Below are positions 1 through 7,652 of a stretch of DNA of 27,812 nucleotides, piece after piece. Source of the stretch: a bacterium (lineage in GTDB: Bacteria; Bacteroidota; Ignavibacteria; UBA10030); NCBI GenBank assembly GCA_043803945.1, contig JAZDJN010000117.1:1-27812 (forward strand). The letters run 5' to 3'. Numbering within the stretch: the first letter of the stretch is position 1; each line of letters opens with the position of its first letter. The notes below the pieces were generated by a model. It was not told the DNA's origin and made no database searches. It worked only from the letters and a program-made list of their open reading frames with translations. Position numbers and translations under genes: made by a program.

Positions 1-170
1 GACTGCACCCACGATCAATCAAGTTGTTCAGATGCTTGCACGATTAGGTGGGTTCTTAGGACGCAAGGGTGATGGATATCCGGGTGTGAAAGTATTATGG
101 CGCGGCTTGAGACGTCTCGATGATATTGCTCAAGCCTATCTGATTTTTAAAAGATATGGGTAATGATAAG
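1..170 (+). mobile_element. Right end of an IS4-family (IS50/Tn5-group) insertion sequence, cut by the window edge
   Basis: Transposase C-terminus runs to TAA 161-163, which lies inside the terminal sequence AGATATGGGTAATGATAAG (152-170). IS50-group elements often have the stop codon inside the right inverted repeat. The left end is not in the window, so the IR cannot be confirmed. Confidence 0.75.
2..163 (+). CDS. IS4-family transposase, C-terminal Tn5-like dimerisation domain (5'-partial)
   Basis: Hand translation of frame 2 gives TAPTINQVVQMLARLGGFLGRKGDGYPGVKVLWRGLRRLDDIAQAYLIFKRYG*. LGGFLGRKGDGxPGxKxLWRG is the characteristic C-terminal motif. Not in the supplied ORF track. Confidence 0.9.
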   Translation, partial: TAPTINQVVQMLARLGGFLGRKGDGYPGVKVLWRGLRRLDDIAQAYLIFKRYG

Positions 171-257
171 CTTTCCCAAGGGGGGCCGGGGGGATTTCGA
201 AAAGGTTCTACCTACTGAGAAAAATCAAATCCCCCTTCCCCCCTTTACGAAAGGGGG
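171..257. repeat. Inverted pair of CCCCCTTT-N3-AAAGGGGG REP-like palindromes; left copy truncated by the IS
   Basis: Right copy AAATCCCCCTTCCCCCCTTTACGAAAGGGGG (227-257) contains a perfect CCCCCTTT/AAAGGGGG stem. Left copy CTTTCCCAAGGGGGGCCGGGGGGATTT (171-197) is its inverted counterpart and lacks the leading C-run. Confidence 0.75.
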
Positions 258-401
258 AAATTCACTCCTCGTATAAACTAACTTCCGGAATCAAATAACG
301 CTGCCTTCTACATGTTGAGAACTGAAAAAATGTCGAAGTCGTGAAAATCACATTGAGGATTTACACTTCATCAAAGAAGTGTTCACGGTCTAATCCGCTT
401 T

Positions 402-2741
402 CTATTGTGGTTTATATTTCTGAATCTTCTCAACATTATCGATCACCCACATGCCGCGGCCATTGGTGGCAATGACTAGCGAGTTGTCCCGCGGGTGAAT
501 AATAAGATCCCAGACAAAACAATTCGGCAATCCATTCGCTACAACAGACCACTGCTTCCCGCCATCAACCGTGACATAGACTCCCAGATCTGTACCGACG
601 TAGAGGATATCTTTGTTCTTCGGATCTTCACGAATCACATTGACCGGTCCGCCGGGAATATTGCCGGAGATATCGATCCAGCTCTTTCCGTAATCAGTCG
701 ATTTGTAGATATAGTCATTGAAATCATCATCGCGCCTGCCGTTTAAGGTGAGATACACCGTGGCGGGATCGTACATCGAAGCCTCGATGCGCGAGACATG
801 CTTGTTGTACGGAAGCGTACCGGTGATCTCTTTCCATGTCTCTCCGCTATTCGTCGTAAGATGAACGCGGCCATCATCCGTCCCGGTATAGAGTAAACCG
901 AATTTAAACGGAGACTCCGAAATCTGTGTCAGGCATTGATGTGAAATCGCATACGGCAGCTTGCCCTGTTTCTGCGGATCGTTATAGGTTAAGTCGGGAC
1001 TGATCCGTTCCCACGTCTCTCCCCGATTCATCGAGCGATAGACATACTGCATACCGTGATAGAGCACATTGGAGTTGTGCGGAGAGAGAATTGTCGGCGC
1101 TAACCACTCACCCCTCAGCTCAGCTTCACCAGCGGCAATTTTCGGAAGGATGTTTTTATTTCGCCATGTTCCATTGCTCTGCAGCTCCGCTCTGGTGAGA
1201 TTGCCATAGAATGTCGATGAATAGACAATCTTAGAGTTAGAGGTGTCGATGGCATGCATCGAGCCTTCCCCTCCGGGACAGCTTTCCCAGCGAGTTGCAG
1301 GTCCGCCGCGACGAGGCATATTGTGCATTACATTGCCGCGGTGCGAGAAATGATCCTGGACGGATCCATAGACATTGAATGGTTTCTCCATATCGTACGC
1401 AACATTATAGAATTGTATTACCGGCAGCTCCTTGATAAATGTTCGCCAGGTTTTTCCATAATCGTATGAAAGTCCGATACCGCCGTCGTTGGCATTAATG
1501 ATATAGTTTGAATTCTCAGGATCGATCCAGAGTGCATGATGATCCATGTGTAATTCGCGCCCGACGTACTGGAATGTTTTTCCACCGTCGGTCGAACGGG
1601 CAAGGAAGAGCCCCATGAGGTAGACCACGTTTTCATTATTGGGATCGACACGAATTTGTCCAAAGACCCAGCCATAGGTTCCTCCGAATCCCTCCATCAT
1701 CGGGGCGTCATCGTTCACCTTGACCCAGGTCTCTGCCTTATCATCAGAGCGGTACACCTGGGCACCGACAATCTTCGGCGTGGTGCGGGGTCGTCCGTAC
1801 GAATCAAGCTCGCCTGCAGACGGCATCTTTCCCGGTGTGTGGTTGTCGACGTAGGCGTAAAGCACATTTGGTTTGTTCCGAGAGATATCGATGCCGACTC
1901 TTCCTGTAAATTTTGTATCGGGCAATCCTTTGGTTTTTTCCTTCCAGGTTTTTCCGGCGTCGGTAGTTTTGTAAATGCCATCTTCGCCCTCTGGCACCGG
2001 ATCACTCCATCGTTTACGGATTCGATTGAGCATTGAAGCATAGAGTGTGTTGCCATCGGAGGGATCCATCGCCAGATCGATGCAGCCAATTTTCTCGTTA
2101 AGGTATAAACTCTTCGTCCAGGTGTTTCCGCCATCGGTGGTTTTGTAAACGCCGCAATCGGGATTGTAGGTCCATTCATTACCGGAAGCTGCGACGTAGA
2201 TAATGTTTGGATTCGTCGGATGGATGACGATACGTGCAATTGTATGCGAGCCCTCGAGCCCCATGTGCTTCCACGTCTTTCCCGCATCGGTCGATTTATA
2301 GATACCGGTGCCGGCAACAGAGGCGCGGAAGATATTGGCTTCTCCGGTTCCAACCCAAACGATATTCGGATCGGAATCGGCAACAGCCAAATCGCCTACA
2401 GAAATTGAAGGTGCATCGTCGAAGATCGGCTCCCACGAGATGCCAGCATTTGTAGTTTTCCAGACACCGCCTGTAGCAGCACCGACATAGATTGTCATCT
2501 TATCGCCCTTGGGCACGGCGATATCGGTGCAGCGCCCGCTGATCATATCGGGGCCGATGAATCGCCACTTCAGATCTTTGAACGGCGATGTGCTTTTCAT
2601 GGCCTGATGTTCTTCAAACCACTTGAGACGTTGTGTATTGTCGGTCAGTTCAATTTTCTTTTGTCCTTTTTGCTGACCAGCCATTGGAAGAATGAAAAGG
2701 ATGCAGCAGCAGAGGATGAGAATAACATGCAGAAAACGCAT
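402..2741 (-). CDS. Secreted VPS10/sortilin-like BNR (Asp-box) beta-propeller protein (glycosyl hydrolase-like)
   Basis: 779 aa with an N-terminal signal peptide and many SxDxGxTW Asp-boxes. WRFIGPDMISGR and YVGAATGGVWKTTNAG are typical of this family. Confidence 0.85.
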   Translation of the reverse strand: MRFLHVILILCCCILFILPMAGQQKGQKKIELTDNTQRLKWFEEHQAMKSTSPFKDLKWRFIGPDMISGRCTDIAVPKGDKMTIYVGAATGGVWKTTNAGISWEPIFDDAPSISVGDLAVADSDPNIVWVGTGEANIFRASVAGTGIYKSTDAGKTWKHMGLEGSHTIARIVIHPTNPNIIYVAASGNEWTYNPDCGVYKTTDGGNTWTKSLYLNEKIGCIDLAMDPSDGNTLYASMLNRIRKRWSDPVPEGEDGIYKTTDAGKTWKEKTKGLPDTKFTGRVGIDISRNKPNVLYAYVDNHTPGKMPSAGELDSYGRPRTTPKIVGAQVYRSDDKAETWVKVNDDAPMMEGFGGTYGWVFGQIRVDPNNENVVYLMGLFLARSTDGGKTFQYVGRELHMDHHALWIDPENSNYIINANDGGIGLSYDYGKTWRTFIKELPVIQFYNVAYDMEKPFNVYGSVQDHFSHRGNVMHNMPRRGGPATRWESCPGGEGSMHAIDTSNSKIVYSSTFYGNLTRAELQSNGTWRNKNILPKIAAGEAELRGEWLAPTILSPHNSNVLYHGMQYVYRSMNRGETWERISPDLTYNDPQKQGKLPYAISHQCLTQISESPFKFGLLYTGTDDGRVHLTTNSGETWKEITGTLPYNKHVSRIEASMYDPATVYLTLNGRRDDDFNDYIYKSTDYGKSWIDISGNIPGGPVNVIREDPKNKDILYVGTDLGVYVTVDGGKQWSVVANGLPNCFVWDLIIHPRDNSLVIATNGRGMWVIDNVEKIQKYKPQ

Positions 2742-2944
2742 AGCGGGCCTCCTTCGGAGTGTTGGAAGTTCGGGCAGATAGAACAGTGAAACTGCGTTGA
2801 TGATAAGGTCTTTTTAAGAGTTATGCAATGGAGGGCAAGGTCGAGCGGTTGGAATGCAATCGTTCCGGTGGGACATTTCCGTGCCACTTGATTTTCCCTA
2901 AGGGAAGAGGTACGTTTCGATGGAGGGAGAGACCTGTTGCTCGG

Positions 2945-2970
2945 CCACAGAGACACAGAGAGCACAGAGG
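2945..2970 (+). repeat. CACAGAG short tandem REP-like unit (single arm)
   Basis: CCACAGAGACACAGAGAGCACAGAGG has three CACAGAG copies at 8-9 nt period. It resembles the arms at 17316-17384 and 27628-27734. Confidence 0.55.
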
Positions 2971-3041
2971 AATATAATTATGATAGGTCTCGTTACATAG
3001 AAGCACCGAGGGGTTGACTTAAAAACAAAATAATTACTGTA

Positions 3042-3075
3042 ATCCCCGTCCCGACATATCGGGACAATCGGGGAT
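3042..3075. repeat. Nested palindrome (REP-like)
   Basis: Outer arms ATCCCCG...CGGGGAT enclose an inner GTCCCGA-CATA-TCGGGAC. A degenerate relative lies at 6168-6204. Confidence 0.6.
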
Positions 3076-3407
3076 CTGGAAAAGAGAATAAATTTAGTTC
3101 GAGGCTCACGACTATGAATATATTAGACTGAATGTATCCTGGATGATAGATGTGCAGAGTTTAAAAAATTCCGTATTGTTTTTCAACCAAGATAGAAGCA
3201 CCTGGTACTTAGATATGCTATTGGGTGCATATTTATCTCCTTTTATCCATAGACCTTTACAGGATGATGAATAGATAGGCAGGAACCTGATTTATCATTC
3301 GCGAAACCAACATAGTCCATACGACACTTTTATGACGTTGATAATGTGCTCGGATTTCCGGACATTATATTCAGATAGGCCAATTATCATAATATCGTAA
3401 GTACCTC

Positions 3408-4307
3408 ATGCTAAAATCAAATTCTGCCAGGAAGCTTGCAGCACCAATTTCCCATCTAACACATTCCAGAAAGGTTTTGGCCTTTGGTTGGTACGGCGGG
3501 AAATATTCTCACCTTTCGTGGCTACTTCCAATGTTGCCCTCTTGTCACCATTACTGCGAGCCATTCGCCGGATCTGCTGCTATTCTCCTTAATAGACCGC
3601 CATCCCCCGTCGAAACTTACAATGACATAGACGGCGAGGTGGTTAATTTCTTCCGTGTGTTGCGAGAAGAAAAGGATCGACTTATTGAAGCAATAACTCT
3701 TACTCCCTTTTCTCGCGAGGAGTTTTCAAAGGCCTGTATGCTTGACCCAAGAGTAAGCAGTTTTGAGCGCGCCCGGCGGTTTTACATTCGCGCCAGACAA
3801 GTAAGGACTGGGTTAGCCCAAACTGCAAGCATTGGTCGTTGGGCTAACTGCAAGAATACTAGCCGAAGCGGAATGAGCGGTGTAATCAGTCGTTGGCTTG
3901 GAGGAGTAGATGATTTGGAAATTATTGCAAATCGTCTGCTTCGTGTACAAATAGAAAACAGACCTGCTATCGATGTCATAAAGCTATATGATTCCAAACA
4001 AACTCTCTTCTATTGCGATCCTCCCTATGTGCATGGAACAAGAGGCGACAAAAAAGCCTATGGGTTCGAAATGATTGACGACCAACATCGCGCGTTAGCG
4101 AGAGTTCTTAATCGCGTCAAAGGAATGGTCGCGATTTCAAATTATGATTGCGTCCTTATGGAAGAACTATATCCAAGCCCCAAATGGCGGAAGCATAAGA
4201 GTCCACTTCGCACTATTCATTCAACAAAAGACAAACGTCAAGAAACCCTTTGGGTTAATTTTAACATTGCAGCTACAAGAAACGAAATTTTACTATTCCA
4301 TGAATGA
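3408..4307 (+). CDS. Dam/D12-class (alpha-type) N6-adenine DNA methyltransferase
   Basis: Contains WYGGK, motif I EPFAGSAA, YNDIDGEVVNFF and motif IV YCDPPY, with a putative target-recognition region between motifs I and IV. Confidence 0.93.
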   Translation: MLKSNSARKLAAPISHLTHSRKVLAFGWYGGKYSHLSWLLPMLPSCHHYCEPFAGSAAILLNRPPSPVETYNDIDGEVVNFFRVLREEKDRLIEAITLTPFSREEFSKACMLDPRVSSFERARRFYIRARQVRTGLAQTASIGRWANCKNTSRSGMSGVISRWLGGVDDLEIIANRLLRVQIENRPAIDVIKLYDSKQTLFYCDPPYVHGTRGDKKAYGFEMIDDQHRALARVLNRVKGMVAISNYDCVLMEELYPSPKWRKHKSPLRTIHSTKDKRQETLWVNFNIAATRNEILLFHE

Positions 4308-5427
4308 TCCCGCAAAGATACTCGAATCTTACCTTGCCGAAGCAAACTCTCAAATTGATTCAAGCTTTGTCTCTGACCGAAATATCCGACAACTTATAGA
4401 GACCGTTTGCCGCTGCATTTCTAATCGCGCATCTACACGATTTCTTATGGCTTGTTGCCTCGGTAAAATCCACGAGCCAAATGTCGATATACGCAAACCC
4501 TACACAGAAATCTCTGGAGATGGAACATATTCTGGTCGGTCATATGACGAGCAATTTGTGGAGCCTTTTGTTCTCAAGAACCAACTACCGACCAACCAAA
4601 CAACTGCTTTCCTGACACCGGCCTTTCGCAACATCGACCGCACGCTTACAGTGAATTTGAAACTCGTTGGCCGTCCAGTTTCTCTTTATTCAAGCACATT
4701 AAAGCTTCTTGATGCCGTCTATAATGACGTACTATCACCAGTACTTCTACTCAAAGAAACAATCCGATTGCTCATTGTGATTAAGAATGAGAATGAGGAC
4801 CGGATGAGGCAACTATTGCGCCAACTTGAAAGCGTCCCGGATACGTTACCGCTTTCCTCTGAACAGATCCTTACACTTCTTCAACAACATCTTTCGAGCA
4901 AGAAGGTAAGTAGACTTCCAGTATTGATTATCGCCGCGGCTTACCATTCTGTTGGCTCGATGATCGGTGAAATCCCACGGGCGCTTCAATCGCACAATGC
5001 CGCGGATAGGCAAACGGGCGCTATTGGCGATATCGAGATCATGCTTGTCAACGAATCCAATGTCGTTACATGCTACGAGATGAAAGACAAGAAGGTCACA
5101 ATAACAGATATCCAAAATGCTGTGACTAAAATTTCCACACTTGATTATCACATTCAGAACTATATTTTCATCACAACAGGGTCAATTGAAGAATCTGTTC
5201 GAGATTTTGCTTTCACTCTTTATGAAAAAACTGCAGTGGAGTTTGTGGTGCTTGATTGTATCGGTTTTGCACGACACTTTCTCCATTTCTTTAATCGCTC
5301 TCGCATAAAATTCCTTGATACGTATCAGCACTTACTTCTTCAAGAACCTAATGGCTCTGTTGACCAATCACTCAAAGAGGCTTTTTTGGTATTGCGTAGA
5401 AACGCTGAAAGCGATCACGCCTCATAG
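4300..5427 (+). CDS. Type II restriction endonuclease, SacI-like PD-(D/E)xK family
   Basis: ATG 4300 overlaps the last 8 nt of the MTase, consistent with coupling. SHNAADRQTGAIGDIEI...CYEMKDK fits a (P)D...ExK active site and the AD-x3-G-x2-GDIE pattern I associate with SacI-family enzymes. Confidence 0.75.
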   Translation: MNDPAKILESYLAEANSQIDSSFVSDRNIRQLIETVCRCISNRASTRFLMACCLGKIHEPNVDIRKPYTEISGDGTYSGRSYDEQFVEPFVLKNQLPTNQTTAFLTPAFRNIDRTLTVNLKLVGRPVSLYSSTLKLLDAVYNDVLSPVLLLKETIRLLIVIKNENEDRMRQLLRQLESVPDTLPLSSEQILTLLQQHLSSKKVSRLPVLIIAAAYHSVGSMIGEIPRALQSHNAADRQTGAIGDIEIMLVNESNVVTCYEMKDKKVTITDIQNAVTKISTLDYHIQNYIFITTGSIEESVRDFAFTLYEKTAVEFVVLDCIGFARHFLHFFNRSRIKFLDTYQHLLLQEPNGSVDQSLKEAFLVLRRNAESDHAS

Positions 5428-5436
5428 CAATTCTGG

Positions 5437-5594
5437 TAACCGATATCCGCTCAAAAGACGGTGAACAAGCGTTCTCCAATAATATAAGCGCACAGAGGCT
5501 TTGTGAAATATAGAAGTGGTCATCAAGGAACTCGATTTATCCACAGCAAATTTGAAAGTTCACGTTGCCGCAGTCTATTTGCCATCAGTTAGTT
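5437..5594 (+). other. Possible degenerate integron attC-like site
   Basis: 5' part TAAC...ATCCGCTCAAAAGACGGTGAAC and 3' part GTTCACGTTGCCGCAGTCTATTTGCCATCAGTTAGTT. GTGAAC (5461-5466) pairs with GTTCAC (5558-5563). An RBS and ATG follow about 30 nt downstream. The outer arms pair poorly. Confidence 0.35.
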
Positions 5595-5624
5595 GGCGTA
5601 TGCAAAATTCAAGGAGGTCAGTCC

Positions 5625-6119
5625 ATGAATATGAAGCTTGCTTTGAGATCTTTTCTTCGGCAAAAAGGTTTTTTACCTCTTTCTCCACGAAATAAATTTT
5701 GGCATAAATTCCCTATTGTCCACACAACCGATATACAAACAGGCGAACAATTGAAGTTAGCGCGAATTAAGATCAAGAAAGAATTGCATAGAAAGAGCGG
5801 CCTGTACGCATATGTGAACAAAAAAGGAACACTTCTTTATGTTGGGAAATCAGAAAATCTTGCGGGACGTGTATATTCACATTATCAAGAAGCATTTCGC
5901 GGTGCGGGTGTTTGGCAAGCATTCTTTTCCAAATTCGCTGGCGAACTTACTATTCTCTGGTGCGAGATTTCGACCGACAGACAGCGAAGGGCAATCGAAG
6001 AAATGATCGAAGAAGCACAGCCGTCAGAATTCGAAAAACTCTATCCTCGAGGTAAACGCCGCCTGATCAGCAACTCCCCGCTACAAAGCAGCGGGATTCT
6101 CAATTCCACCACGACTTAA
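5625..6119 (+). CDS. Stand-alone GIY-YIG family nuclease
   Basis: SGLYAY...LLYVGKSENLAGRVYSHY provides the GIY/YIG motifs and the catalytic Arg, with a later RAIEE Glu. RBS AAGGAGG at 5611-5617 favours ATG 5625. Confidence 0.85.
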   Translation: MNMKLALRSFLRQKGFLPLSPRNKFWHKFPIVHTTDIQTGEQLKLARIKIKKELHRKSGLYAYVNKKGTLLYVGKSENLAGRVYSHYQEAFRGAGVWQAFFSKFAGELTILWCEISTDRQRRAIEEMIEEAQPSEFEKLYPRGKRRLISNSPLQSSGILNSTTT

Positions 6120-6291
6120 CTGAGGAACGTTAAGTATGTGGAATTGGAACATGCTGACCTCTACGAGATCCGTCCCGATAGGATGCATCTGGACAAGTCG
6201 GGGAAAGCGGAATGAGCACGCCCAAAAATAAAGCATAGCGCACAGAAGCTTTGTGAATTAGACATAACACCTGTGAAGTTTGGAGGATAGT

Positions 6292-6831
6292 ATGGAAACC
6301 TGCATAACAATGAAACGTGTTCTCCTGGAGGAGGCCAAGACAACTTATGCCATCACAGAAAAACTCTTTCGCCGAGTTACTGACGCAGATCTCTTGTGGA
6401 AGCCCACTACAGGCAAGAACTGGATGACCTTAGGACAACTCCTGATGCACTGCGCAAACTTCGGATGTGGTAAAGCTATTCAAGGTTTTGTAAAGGGGGA
6501 CTGGGGTATGCCCGAAGCGGTAGAACCAGTAGACTTAAACGCTGAACAGCATGTACCACCAGTGGCAATGTTACCCAGCGTCGAAAACGTCAAGCAGGCA
6601 TTGGAACTTCTTATGAACGACCGGAACCTCGCATTGCGCTGCATCGAGGAGACGGAGGAAGCTGATTTGTTGGCTAGAAGATTCACTGCACCATGGGGCG
6701 GTTCCGAGGCCTCGCTGTTCCAGCATCTCTTGCTTATGATTGCACATCTCGCTCAACATAAGGGTCAGCTCTTTTACTACCTAAAGTTGATGGAAAACGA
6801 TCTCAGCACCAGCGACCTTTGGGGCACATGA
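6292..6831 (+). CDS. DinB/YfiT-like four-helix putative metalloenzyme
   Basis: WKPT...MTLGQLLMH and HLAQHKGQLFYYLK give the three-His pattern. GGAGG RBS precedes ATG 6292. Confidence 0.85.
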   Translation: METCITMKRVLLEEAKTTYAITEKLFRRVTDADLLWKPTTGKNWMTLGQLLMHCANFGCGKAIQGFVKGDWGMPEAVEPVDLNAEQHVPPVAMLPSVENVKQALELLMNDRNLALRCIEETEEADLLARRFTAPWGGSEASLFQHLLLMIAHLAQHKGQLFYYLKLMENDLSTSDLWGT

Positions 6832-6832
6832 A

Positions 6833-7354
6833 ATGAAAATCTTCTTCTTTGGTCTTTTCCTAACGCTCACTGCTTTTGGACAACATTCTCATGAACAGAA
6901 GCAGTTAAAGCAGAATATCGACGTTGATAGATATACCGGTATTTATGAATATGTCTACCGTTATAATTCTCCCGGCTTAAAAGAAAATCATTATATCGTA
7001 CTGTCACGTTCCTCTAATACACTGGCAGGATTATATTACGGGACATCAGATGAATTCGATGAATCCAGAGAAGGTTATCTTCCAGGGTTCTTTGTTGCAC
7101 AAATGGATAGTCTAAAAATCCATGGAGATACAATTCGATTTACCTTAAAAGTCGCCAATAGTGATTTCTTAACAACAGCAGTTGATTTAAATATCAAGTC
7201 AACGACTGAAGCTCTCAAAGCGGGCTATAAGAATTGGGGCAATAAAATTCCTACTTCTCCAAAAAAATATGCAGGTTTGATTCAAGATTCAGTCACAATA
7301 TTCTTCAAAGGAGAGAAGGAGTTTTTGAATAAAACATTCAAGAAGAAGCAATAA
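6833..7354 (+). CDS. Hypothetical secreted protein
   Basis: 173 aa with a signal peptide (MKIFFFGLFLTLTAFG), starting 1 nt after the DinB stop. No family recognised. Confidence 0.7.
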   Translation: MKIFFFGLFLTLTAFGQHSHEQKQLKQNIDVDRYTGIYEYVYRYNSPGLKENHYIVLSRSSNTLAGLYYGTSDEFDESREGYLPGFFVAQMDSLKIHGDTIRFTLKVANSDFLTTAVDLNIKSTTEALKAGYKNWGNKIPTSPKKYAGLIQDSVTIFFKGEKEFLNKTFKKKQ

Positions 7355-7427
7355 CGCCACTCGACCGTAGTACTGATTTCGCAGGCAGAGCGGCCATCTA
7401 TACTATCACCGAAAAAGAGTCGTGAAC

Positions 7428-7652
7428 ATGGGAATTGTCGTTTCACTTAAGGATGTTGTGGAAGCATTAGAGCGGTCAAGTCAGACATTTGAATACATCC
7501 TTGATACCGAAACAGGGGAGGTTATTCTGATTACCGAAGACGATCGTATTACACTCGAAGGATCTGATACTGACTTTGTCCCGGAGTGGCAGATTGAACA
7601 CATACAATATTCTTCATCCTTTTCCCCAGGCACCAACAATCCACGATATTGA
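7428..7652 (+). pseudogene. Truncated UPF0158-like gene (N-terminal part only)
   Basis: VSLKDVVEALE...YILDTETGEVILITEDD...VPEWQ resembles the UPF0158 N-terminus. The frame then runs into the 3' end of the convergent hydrolase gene. Confidence 0.55.

Noticed and set aside
363-382. ACACTTC/GAAGTGT hairpin as terminator of the VPS10 gene
   Set aside because: Weak AT-rich stem with no U-tract on the minus strand.
1715-2383. 222-aa alternative-frame ORF inside the VPS10 gene
   Set aside because: Arg/Pro/Ser-rich shadow frame with no motifs, fully nested in a well-supported gene.
4144-4299. 52-codon N-terminal extension of the REase in the ORF track
   Set aside because: It overlaps the MTase coding region. 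ATG 4300 at the MTase end is the more plausible coupled start.
3408-5427. Assigning GAGCTC or GATC specificity to the first R-M pair
   Set aside because: Both sites occur repeatedly in the window, and specificity cannot be read from motifs alone.
6114-6135. Perfect RYYYAAC...GTTRRRY pair as an intact attC
   Set aside because: Only 8 nt separate the boxes, far too short to hold L boxes.
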